This document shows, one piece after another, positions 18,275-25,865 of a stretch of 32,736 nt of DNA. The notes beneath the pieces were generated by a model that had not been told where the DNA came from, made no database searches, and saw only the letters and a list, made by a program, of their open reading frames with translations. Both the position numbers and the translations under genes were made by a program. Numbering within the stretch: the stretch's first letter is position 1; each line of letters begins with the position of its first letter. Origin of the DNA: Candidatus Thorarchaeota archaeon (GTDB taxonomy: Archaea > Asgardarchaeota > Thorarchaeia > Thorarchaeales > Thorarchaeaceae); assembly GCA_016839445.1 (NCBI GenBank), contig JAEOUG010000102.1, positions 1-32,736 of the forward strand. The letters are read 5' to 3'.

Positions 18275-18987
18275 GTGTCATCGCTCGTTCGCCCGTATCC
18301 TGTTCGCGTTCTCCCACCGAAGGCCTCGTAACGTTCGTCAGGGCTCCTATCAGACAGACGCTCGTCACAGTCGTAGCACATCAGGGCTTTGGTTTCTCGA
18401 ACGTTAACGATGTTGCCACACGAAATGCACGTCCAGAGGCCACCCTGCAACAGCTTCGTCTTCCTGAAAACCGCACGTGCCATGTCCTTTAGAGATTCAG
18501 GGCAGCCCTCGGCAACTCCAACTACGCCCTGTTCGGACCACTCGCAAATCACTGACACCAGAGTCGTCATCAGCTCAATGATGCGAGTTGTTCTATCTTC
18601 GATCTCGCGTGAAGACTCTGACTTCGTGTCGCGATGCGCATCAGGCAGTCCTGAGAGCAACTCGATGAAGGCAAAGAACGCGGGGGCGGGGAAATTGTCA
18701 GGTGCTCGAGCTTCTACCATTTGACCCAGGACAGCAGAGATCATCAACGTCTGCGTGTAGTCTTCCTGGAGTATTCTCTCAGCCTCGACAAGTATCTTGT
18801 CCACTCGAATGCTGTACTTCTCGGGAGGCAGGCCCCGGCTCTCTGCAATCTCTCTGACGGCGCTGAGAAGGCCTTTTCCTTTACTCATCATACGATTGAC
18901 ACGACGAGCTACCGAGCCGTATGGAAGGCCAGCGTCGGTTGCCAACTCCTGAAGAAGCTCTCTGGCGGTCACACTCAATAGCAGCAC
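18271..18987 (-). CDS. Hypothetical helical protein with a C-terminal C4 Zn finger
   Basis: Motif WTCISCG-x12-CYDC. GAGG RBS near the start; its stop overlaps that of the convergent gene. Confidence 0.75.
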   Translation of the reverse strand: MLLLSVTARELLQELATDAGLPYGSVARRVNRMMSKGKGLLSAVREIAESRGLPPEKYSIRVDKILVEAERILQEDYTQTLMISAVLGQMVEARAPDNFPAPAFFAFIELLSGLPDAHRDTKSESSREIEDRTTRIIELMTTLVSVICEWSEQGVVGVAEGCPESLKDMARAVFRKTKLLQGGLWTCISCGNIVNVRETKALMCYDCDERLSDRSPDERYEAFGGRTRTGYGRTSDDT

Positions 18988-19101
18988 GTACCTCTCGCAG
19001 GGACTACTGAAGGCAGGACTCTGATTTTAGGTTACCGACCCGTGTGTCTGTGGGGCAATCTCTATAAGGAGGGGGCATCGGGCCAGACTTGGCGGCTGGC
19101 G

Positions 19102-20088
19102 ATGAAAGACTGTGATATTCTCTTGGCGAGCGGTGCCGAACACCTCAAACCTAGGTTCCAGGAGCTAGGCTATCGCGTTTTCACTTCCGGGCTCAACTAT
19201 GACAGCAAGCGGCTGTTCCCGAATGCCGACATCTACGCAAAGATAGAAGAGATTGAGAAACTCGCGAACAGGAGAGTAATCGTGGTTCAGAGCTGCACAG
19301 GGTCAGGTCCAGCTGAGAATGAAGACTACACCACATCAGATCGCGTTGTAGAGTTGCTGCTGCTTCTAGACCTTCTAGCAAGACCAATGAAGGCAAAGGA
19401 AGTGGGCCACAAGCAGTACTCTGTCACTCAACTTGCGCCACCATCAAAAGTCGAGGTGGTATTGACATTCCAGCCGTTTGCCCTCCAAGACAAGGTGTTC
19501 AAGACCGGCGAAGCCGTATCAGGAAGATGGGCTATCGAAGCAATAGCCCAGGCCTGTAACCGAGTGTTTGTTGTCAATCCTCATGCGCCGGACAGCCTCG
19601 AGTGGGTGAGTAGTCTATCTGACAGAGGGCTGTACCAAGTGATCGATGTTATCCCGGACCTTGTGGCATTCGCAGAGGAACGTTTCGGTTTCCAAGATGC
19701 CGTGATCGTGGCACCTGACGAGGGTGCCCAGGAGAGATACAAGTGTGATGGATTTGGTAAGAAGCGATCCAACTCCTATGTTGTGTCAATCCACGGCGAA
19801 CTAGACGTCAAGGGAAGACATGTAGTACTCATTGACGACCTCACCAAGAGCGGCAGTACTCTCCTGCGAGCAGCCGAAAGACTGAGGGAACAAGGCGCAG
19901 TGGATGTGATCATGGCAGTCGCTCACGTACTCCCAATCGTGGGCAAAGGAGAGGTACTGCTTGAGGCCTTGATCGAGAAGAGCAGTGGCAAGATAGTAAC
20001 AACCAACACTATCTACACGAACACGTTCTGCCACAAGAACGAGCACTTGACCTATGACGTAGTCGATGCGATAGTCAAGAACATCTAG
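19102..20088 (+). CDS. Divergent ribose-phosphate pyrophosphokinase (PRPP synthetase)-like PRTase
   Basis: Motifs FPNADIY.KI, VIVVQS, ELLLLLD, PFALQDK.F..GEAVS, VAPDEGA and the PRPP-binding loop VVLIDDLTKSGSTL. Probable start ATG 19102. Confidence 0.8.
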   Translation: MKDCDILLASGAEHLKPRFQELGYRVFTSGLNYDSKRLFPNADIYAKIEEIEKLANRRVIVVQSCTGSGPAENEDYTTSDRVVELLLLLDLLARPMKAKEVGHKQYSVTQLAPPSKVEVVLTFQPFALQDKVFKTGEAVSGRWAIEAIAQACNRVFVVNPHAPDSLEWVSSLSDRGLYQVIDVIPDLVAFAEERFGFQDAVIVAPDEGAQERYKCDGFGKKRSNSYVVSIHGELDVKGRHVVLIDDLTKSGSTLLRAAERLREQGAVDVIMAVAHVLPIVGKGEVLLEALIEKSSGKIVTTNTIYTNTFCHKNEHLTYDVVDAIVKNI

Positions 20089-20309
20089 TCAAGGTGATTC
20101 TGGGCCGCTTCCCTTGCGGACCACGCCTTACCACTTGAGCGTTCCACTAAGCCTCTCTTCTCAAGGTCATTCAACGCCTGAATGACAGCGTTCTGGTCAC
20201 ACTCAACGTGCTTGCCTTTGAGCATGGCTGTTATGGCGGCTGGCCTATGGGTGTCATTGATAATCAGCGCTAGAATATCACGCTGCAGTTGTGTAACCTC
20301 TTCACTCAT
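20085..20309 (-). CDS. Small winged helix-turn-helix protein
   Basis: Pattern TQLQRDILALI...PAAITAML...QNAVIQALNDLEKRGLVER..G..W is typical of a wHTH domain. Confidence 0.75.
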   Translation of the reverse strand: MSEEVTQLQRDILALIINDTHRPAAITAMLKGKHVECDQNAVIQALNDLEKRGLVERSSGKAWSAREAAQNHLD

Positions 20310-20412
20310 TTCAAACACTGGATTCGCGGCTCTCAGGATTCTTTTAAGGCTATTGACACATCACATCCGAAACCCTTTTGTCTTGCCTCAAAGGCTGCCG
20401 GAAGGCCTAGCA

Positions 20413-21147
20413 ATGTCAGACGGGAAAGAATACCACATTGGAATCGCAAAAGGAGAAATTCCTGAGCTTGTTCTCTTGCCAGGTGATCCTGAGAGAGCCA
20501 AGACGATTGCAGAAAAGTTCTTCGACAACCCTGAAGAGATAGCAAAAAGAAGGGAGTATTGGAGCTACAGAGGCACATGGAATGGAGTCCCCGTGGCTGT
20601 GTGCTCGACTGGCATAGGCTGCCCATCTGCGGCCATAGCGATCGAGGAACTTGTCAAGGTTGGTTGTACGAAGTTTATCAGAGTAGGTACTTGCGGCGCG
20701 ATTAGCAGGAAAGTCAAGACGCACGACCTAGTGGTCTTCACTGGGTCTGTTAGAGATGAGGGGACTTCACGCCAGTACGTTCCGATTGAGTTCCCTGCCG
20801 TAGCAGACCCCGAGATTGTGCAATCCCTTGGACGTGCAGCAGACTCTCGGGGATTGCGGTATCATGTAGGCATCGGCCACTCTAAGGACTCGTTCTACAG
20901 CGAGTATCCCTCCTACGTCGCAAACCCAGAAGAGATGGAAAGGAAGTGGGATGCCATGCGAAGAGCGGGCGTGCTGGCGACAGAGATGGAGGCGGCCGCA
21001 CTCTTTGTGATCGGCCAACTTAGGTCGGTGAAGGTTGGCACGGTCTGCATAGCCGTTGGCGAGAATGTGGAAGAAGAGGCCAAGATTGTGGGGAAGCCTC
21101 CGCTGGATGACCTCGTCGCTGTGGCTCTTGATGCACTGACTTCATAG
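20413..21147 (+). CDS. udp: Uridine/nucleoside phosphorylase
   Basis: Motifs YHIG, LPGDPERA, REY, STGIGCPSAAI..EEL, IRVGTCGA, RDEGTS..Y.P.EFPAVAD, KDSFY and EMEAA. Start ATG 20413. Confidence 0.93.
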   Translation: MSDGKEYHIGIAKGEIPELVLLPGDPERAKTIAEKFFDNPEEIAKRREYWSYRGTWNGVPVAVCSTGIGCPSAAIAIEELVKVGCTKFIRVGTCGAISRKVKTHDLVVFTGSVRDEGTSRQYVPIEFPAVADPEIVQSLGRAADSRGLRYHVGIGHSKDSFYSEYPSYVANPEEMERKWDAMRRAGVLATEMEAAALFVIGQLRSVKVGTVCIAVGENVEEEAKIVGKPPLDDLVAVALDALTS

Positions 21148-21151
21148 CCGC

Positions 21152-21931
21152 CTATATGTCACTAAACCAGAGCTTCTTCTGGGCTGCTATGAGCAGACTC
21201 TCCGCGGCTCTCTTGTCCATACCTGCGATGCTCGCCAGCTGTTCAGGGCTGGTCCCAACGAAATCAGTCGTCGTAGCTATTCCCGAATTGAGTACAAGAT
21301 TGATGACTGGTTCAGGAGTGTCGAGTTCAACGAGTAGGTCTCGCAAACTGGCAACCGTATCCGCACTGGCCTTTGGTGCCTCGACACCAGGCATCTCAGA
21401 TCCGAGTTCATCGTCTGAGTCCTCCGTCGACTCCTTCAACGCTGCGAGCTCGGGCATCTCGCCTGCCGCTCCGTACTTGCGTATGAATGATGGCCTGAGG
21501 AGAAATACACCCAGAATGGCCGAAGCTGCCAGGAGGGGAATCAGTAACACATTGCTGATGTCAATGCCGATGATAGCTCCTCCAGGACCGAATCCCACCA
21601 AGGCAGAGACTGTGTCCTGGGTGAACAAGAATGTGAAGGATGTGCCTGAGAGGTCCGTGAACAGAATCAACCAGATTGGTGTGAAGATACCCAGACTCCC
21701 AGCCTCATAGATGAAGAACTCCCGAAACACCTGCCTTCTAACGAAGTATACGACCAGAGGCGGGGCTACCACGAGACCAACAGATATGACGAACCAGATT
21801 ACGTAGACATTCCAGAGAGCAGCCAACAGGACTGCATCTGCGCCGTGACGGGCGATTTTGATTATCATTGCTCCCAGGAATATGACCCCTGAGAGGATAG
21901 CACCTACAAGCACGCCATGAGCGTATCTCAT
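21152..21931 (-). CDS. Membrane protein (about 4 TM) with an acidic linker and a C-terminal helix-hairpin-helix (RadA-NTD/NusA-AR-like) domain
   Basis: GAGGTGAG RBS and four hydrophobic segments, then the linker ESTEDSDDE. C-terminus LVLNSGIATTTDFVGTSPEQLASIAGMDKRAAESLLIAAQ. Confidence 0.8.
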   Translation of the reverse strand: MRYAHGVLVGAILSGVIFLGAMIIKIARHGADAVLLAALWNVYVIWFVISVGLVVAPPLVVYFVRRQVFREFFIYEAGSLGIFTPIWLILFTDLSGTSFTFLFTQDTVSALVGFGPGGAIIGIDISNVLLIPLLAASAILGVFLLRPSFIRKYGAAGEMPELAALKESTEDSDDELGSEMPGVEAPKASADTVASLRDLLVELDTPEPVINLVLNSGIATTTDFVGTSPEQLASIAGMDKRAAESLLIAAQKKLWFSDI

Positions 21932-22090
21932 GGGACTAACTCACCTCGCAATGGTTGTAGAATGCTTGAGAATCTTTTAGGTGTTGTGAGGGTTAATCCA
22001 GCAGGACTGCTGAGATGATCAGTGTATGTGGGATTATGCACAGAAGCGACGAAATGCTAGGAAAACGCGCTCTGATGGCCCCTCTTGACA

Positions 22091-22104
22091 AGCCTTATAA
22101 GGCT
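22091..22104. promoter_or_regulatory. TATA box within a perfect 14-bp palindrome upstream of the histone gene
   Basis: AGCCTTATAAGGCT is its own reverse complement and lies 44 nt upstream of the histone ATG; a GGAGGAGTGA RBS follows. Confidence 0.6.
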
Positions 22105-22147
22105 CCTAGACGCCATCTAGAGCACTCTTTGGAGGAGTGATTTGAGA

Positions 22148-22318
22148 ATGAGTTTTACTGTAAAGAAAGCAGTACAAGACTACGCAAAGAAGAAGAACCT
22201 ACAGGTTGCGGGCGACTTCTACGGTGCCCTTGACAAGCACATTGAGAAGATGCTTGACTCTGCTGCCAAGAGATGCGGCGAGAACAAGCGCAAGACTCTC
22301 AAGCCATACGATCTGTAA
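22148..22318 (+). CDS. Histone-fold protein, short alpha3-truncated ('face-to-face'/Bd0055-like) type, 56 aa
   Basis: Below the ORF-track size cut-off. My translation: MSFTVKKAVQDYAKKKNLQVAGDFYGALDKHIEKMLDSAAKRCGENKRKTLKPYDL*. It has the L2 motif RKT-x4-D, a strong RBS, a TATA box upstream and a hairpin downstream. Confidence 0.88.
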   Translation: MSFTVKKAVQDYAKKKNLQVAGDFYGALDKHIEKMLDSAAKRCGENKRKTLKPYDL

Positions 22319-22335
22319 ATCAATCTGATGCCGGG

Positions 22336-22373
22336 AGTGGGAGCACAGGCGGTGCTTCCACTATTCTCTTTTT
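22336..22373 (+). terminator. Stem-loop with a U tract after the histone gene
   Basis: AGTGGGAGCAC-AGGCG-GTGCTTCCACT forms an 11-bp stem with one G-U pair, followed by ATTCTCTTTTT. Confidence 0.7.
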
Positions 22374-22431
22374 CATAACGTCACTCTTATCAGGTCCGAG
22401 TAGTCCCCCTCGTGACAAGGAGAAGTCTTCA

Positions 22432-23220
22432 TTGTACAGAGTATGCCTCACCAACGACGACGGACCTCTGAGTGACAACCTGCTTAGATTGGCAGATGCC
22501 CTCAAGGACAAGGTTGAGCTCTTTGTCGTCGTGCCAGACGGACAACGTAGTGCCTCAGGGAAAGCATTGACTCTCAAGAGACCTATCAGACTGACTGAGA
22601 AACACGAGAAGAGGGGTTACAGCTTCGTGAGTCATGATGGGGTGCCGGCGGATTCCGTCATCCTTGCTCAGTGGTTCTACAAGGATCTAGACCTAGTAGT
22701 GTCCGGCGTAAACACTGGGGCAAATGTAGGCTATCAGAGCATTCTCACTAGTGGTACTGTTGGGGCCGCATTGGAGGCCGCCCTGAGGGGCATCCCTGCT
22801 ATCGCAATCTCTCAGGAAGCTCGACCTGAGGAGTGGTTCAACTCCACCGGTGGCAAGCGTTGCTTCGAGATGGTGTGCCAGACATCAACCAAACTCATAA
22901 TGGACATACTTGAGAAAGGCATGCCGAAAGGTATTGACCTCCTGAACCTCAACTTCCCTCACGAGCCGACCGAAGACACCAAGATTGTGGTGACAAAGCC
23001 AACCAAGATTCGGATGCACAATGAAGTGGAGGAGCGGCTCGACCCGAACAAGATGCCATACTACTGGTACCTGGGTCTCGAGAGACCACCCATGGCAGGA
23101 ACAGATGCACACGAGGTCCTCGTGAATAACAACATATCACTTACTCCACTCGTGCTAGATTGGGTTAACGATGTCGAGATAGAGAATCTTCGCGATTACA
23201 TCTCTCCTAGAGACGCTTGA
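22432..23220 (+). CDS. surE: 5'/3'-nucleotidase SurE
   Basis: Motifs LTNDDG, P...RSASG, G.PADSV, VVSGVN.GANVG and SGTVGAA.EA. Start TTG 22432 after AAGGAG; the ORF-track extension overlaps the histone gene. Confidence 0.93.
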   Translation: MYRVCLTNDDGPLSDNLLRLADALKDKVELFVVVPDGQRSASGKALTLKRPIRLTEKHEKRGYSFVSHDGVPADSVILAQWFYKDLDLVVSGVNTGANVGYQSILTSGTVGAALEAALRGIPAIAISQEARPEEWFNSTGGKRCFEMVCQTSTKLIMDILEKGMPKGIDLLNLNFPHEPTEDTKIVVTKPTKIRMHNEVEERLDPNKMPYYWYLGLERPPMAGTDAHEVLVNNNISLTPLVLDWVNDVEIENLRDYISPRDA

Positions 23221-24208
23221 CTCGCTCGAGGGCGGCCCAAAGGGCGTCGGTGGCGGGCCTCTGAATTCTCGAGCCATTGTATGTTTCTCTGACGCTGGGA
23301 TCGCTTGTAGTTTCTCCGATGACAGCAGCTTCGATTCCTTCCTTCTCTATCGCCCTTATCACATCTTCAGAGTTGCTGCTCTTGCACGTCAGAATCATAC
23401 ATCCGCTGCTGATGAGTTCCATCGGGTCGATGGCGAGAGTTTCGCAGATGCGTGATGTGGACTCATCTGTCTTTATCGCTGCCACATCTATTCGGAAGCC
23501 AACTCCGCTGGCGTCGCAAATCTCGTGGAGACCATTTGAGACCCCTCCCTCTGTAGGGTCGTGCATCGCGGTGACATGTCCGGTTCGGAATGCAGCAAGA
23601 CCGTCCTTGACCACGCTAATCCTGTTTCGGAGAGAGATCGCCTGGTCAACAATACGCTGGCCAAGCAGGGCCGTCAGCTTCTCACGGCCCTCAGAGGCAA
23701 GAATAGCGGTTCCCTCAGGGGCTGCACACTTCGTCAGAACGATAGCATCGCCAGGCTTCGCTCCACTGGATGTGACGAACTGGCCATCTTCTGCGACTCC
23801 CAACATGAAGCCGGCGGCAATTGGCCTGTCAATTCCCGGGGTTATCTCTGAATGACCACCCACAACTGCAATATCGAGCGAACTGGCAGCCTTGTGAACC
23901 TGATCAACAATGTGCTCAATCTGCTCCTCTGTACAGCCAACGGGCAGCATGAGCGATGCCAGGAACCATCTTGGTGCCACGCCAAAAGTGGCAATGTCAT
24001 TGGCATTGACGTGCACAACTAGCCAACCCAGATCTTCGATAGAGCCTGTGATAGGATCAGTTGCAGCTATGATCACCTTTTGCCCGACCTTCAGTACAGA
24101 CGCGTCCTGCCCCAGGCCAGGGCCTAGGATGACATCCGGGTCGGAGTGTCCAAGATGCTTGAAGATGATGTTGCTAAGAATGTCCGGCGGAACCTTTCCT
24201 GGTTGCAT
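23207..24208 (-). CDS. AIR synthase-related (PurM/HypE/ThiL superfamily) protein
   Basis: Motifs GKVPP..L, GPGLGQDAS, TDPITG, VHVNANDIAT.G..P, VGGHSE, GAKPGD, MHDPTEGG and LISSG. Start ATG 24208 after AAGGAG. Confidence 0.88.
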   Translation of the reverse strand: MQPGKVPPDILSNIIFKHLGHSDPDVILGPGLGQDASVLKVGQKVIIAATDPITGSIEDLGWLVVHVNANDIATFGVAPRWFLASLMLPVGCTEEQIEHIVDQVHKAASSLDIAVVGGHSEITPGIDRPIAAGFMLGVAEDGQFVTSSGAKPGDAIVLTKCAAPEGTAILASEGREKLTALLGQRIVDQAISLRNRISVVKDGLAAFRTGHVTAMHDPTEGGVSNGLHEICDASGVGFRIDVAAIKTDESTSRICETLAIDPMELISSGCMILTCKSSNSEDVIRAIEKEGIEAAVIGETTSDPSVRETYNGSRIQRPATDALWAALERVKRL

Positions 24209-24386
24209 GAGTTGGACTCCTTCAGTAGGTGCGCACTCGCCCTGTGCCTTGTGCATGAAAAGCAGGTTCATTGAAACCCAGTTCAGGGCACTCCTTGCTC
24301 ACTATGACACGAGGCGACTCTCGGGCGATATGCGCAGCCCAACGAGAGAGTCCCCGCTAATAATCTAATCGAGATGGCAACTTCGT

Positions 24387-25865
24387 CTACGCAGGTAGGT
24401 ATGCTTCGACTTCTTTGAGGTCCTGCGTTCTTAGCCGGGACTTCGAACGGCTCTGGGAGAGTATTGCGCCTATGATGGAGCCCTCTGCCATCAGCTCTCG
24501 AGATAGATAGGCCCGGCCACCAGCTGCGCGGGCTATGAGATAGGCGCCGAAAGTCCGGCGGAACTCATCCACCGCCAAGATCGTCTCAATCGGGTCCTTG
24601 TATCCCTCCTTTCTGCCCCTGAGGAGGGCCGCCAACTCAAGCGCGTCGTGGTAGGGGCGCTTCAGGAAGCTGGACCATCTTCTTTGCTCCAAGTCGACAT
24701 TCACGCAAGCCAGCTGAACCTTCTGTTTCTTCAGCGTTCTTGCCGCCCTGACCAAGTCCTGTACAGGAGTGAATTGCGCATGGCCAGGACCAACAGACTG
24801 CGCAAGGGGGATGTTGGGAGAGAAGTCTGAGATAAGGATCACAAGAGCCTCGATATCCTCATTGCGCATCCGCTCTCTCCTGATGGTCTCCATAGCTTTC
24901 TTCAATGCATCTGCCAACGGTGTGAGCCCTGAGATCTTCAGACGACCGAGGGCGCGATACAGCTTGTTCCAATTAGTGGTTGGCGCCTGTACCTCCACAG
25001 CACCGCTGTCTTTGAACGCGATGATCCCGGTACGATCCTTGGAGCCCCTAGTCTCAGCCTCAAGACGCTCGATGAACTCCCTCACCTGCTCGATGCTACC
25101 CTTCATGGAAAGGCTCACGTCAATGACAAGCATGATAGTCAGGGGTGTTCGTCCAGTGAACACACTCTCACGGACATCTTCCTTCTTTATCGCAATCGGG
25201 AGCTCGCGTTCAATGCCAGACCTTGCGGCCGCTGCAATCACGGTCGATGGAATGTGGATGTTGGTAATCTCCCGGGAGGGAATTCGAGACCTCACAGGTC
25301 TTCCGTGCTTCATGGCATCAGAAGCCTTCAATGAGCCCGTTGCACGAGACCTCGTGCTCTTGTTGATCCATCCTCCAGATGACACTTTGGAACGAATCAT
25401 AGCCCGGCGCCTAAGCTTCTCAAGATCGAAGACCTCTTCGCCGGTGTCAATGTCAGGGGTCTTCAGGAAGAAGCCGTCGTCGAGGTCGTAGGGAGAGTCT
25501 CGAATCTCAGACTTCGATCCAGTGATGGCCGTCTTCTTCTGAGGTGCATATGGTCGTGTCGCCAAGCCCCACTCATCGCCAGGCTCCGGGTATCCCATTC
25601 CTGGCTCAACAGTGTCAATCCCTGCCGCAGGCCCACTCTTCCTTCTGGTCATCACTTCCAACCACTTCTTCGCCAGACGGTACATCAGAGGTGCGTAGAT
25701 TAGCACGTCTATGATTATGGCCGGCCATGGAGGGAACTCGAAGAGCTGTGCGCCAAATAGCCAGTTGACCGGACTCACGTAGAGCCACGGGAAGAAGGGT
25801 AGAATGACGAAGAGCATTACGGCGCAGATGGTCCCCTTGATGGGATCACCCTGGGGGTTTCTCAC
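24387..25865 (-). CDS. chlD: ChlD/BchD-type C-terminal module (VWA/integrin-I domain) preceded by two hydrophobic helices; probably also made as the -1 frameshift extension of the upstream ChlI-like ORF
   Basis: MIDAS motif DVSLS...GLTPL...ISD and the ChlD pre-VWA pattern GRPVRS...ST..AAA...I.KEDVRE. The GTG start overlaps the upstream TGA (GTGA) and has no SD directly upstream. Confidence 0.8.
   Translation of the reverse strand: MRNPQGDPIKGTICAVMLFVILPFFPWLYVSPVNWLFGAQLFEFPPWPAIIIDVLIYAPLMYRLAKKWLEVMTRRKSGPAAGIDTVEPGMGYPEPGDEWGLATRPYAPQKKTAITGSKSEIRDSPYDLDDGFFLKTPDIDTGEEVFDLEKLRRRAMIRSKVSSGGWINKSTRSRATGSLKASDAMKHGRPVRSRIPSREITNIHIPSTVIAAAARSGIERELPIAIKKEDVRESVFTGRTPLTIMLVIDVSLSMKGSIEQVREFIERLEAETRGSKDRTGIIAFKDSGAVEVQAPTTNWNKLYRALGRLKISGLTPLADALKKAMETIRRERMRNEDIEALVILISDFSPNIPLAQSVGPGHAQFTPVQDLVRAARTLKKQKVQLACVNVDLEQRRWSSFLKRPYHDALELAALLRGRKEGYKDPIETILAVDEFRRTFGAYLIARAAGGRAYLSRELMAEGSIIGAILSQSRSKSRLRTQDLKEVEAYLPA

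Noticed and set aside
23207-24208. Selenophosphate synthetase SelD or a selenoprotein
   Set aside because: There is no N-terminal C/U-x-x-K motif and no in-frame TGA.
24209-24300. Possible TPP riboswitch (TGAACCTG) upstream of a ThiL/HypE-like gene
   Set aside because: It lacks the CUGAGA and ACCUGAU...UAAU...GCG.AGG core elements.
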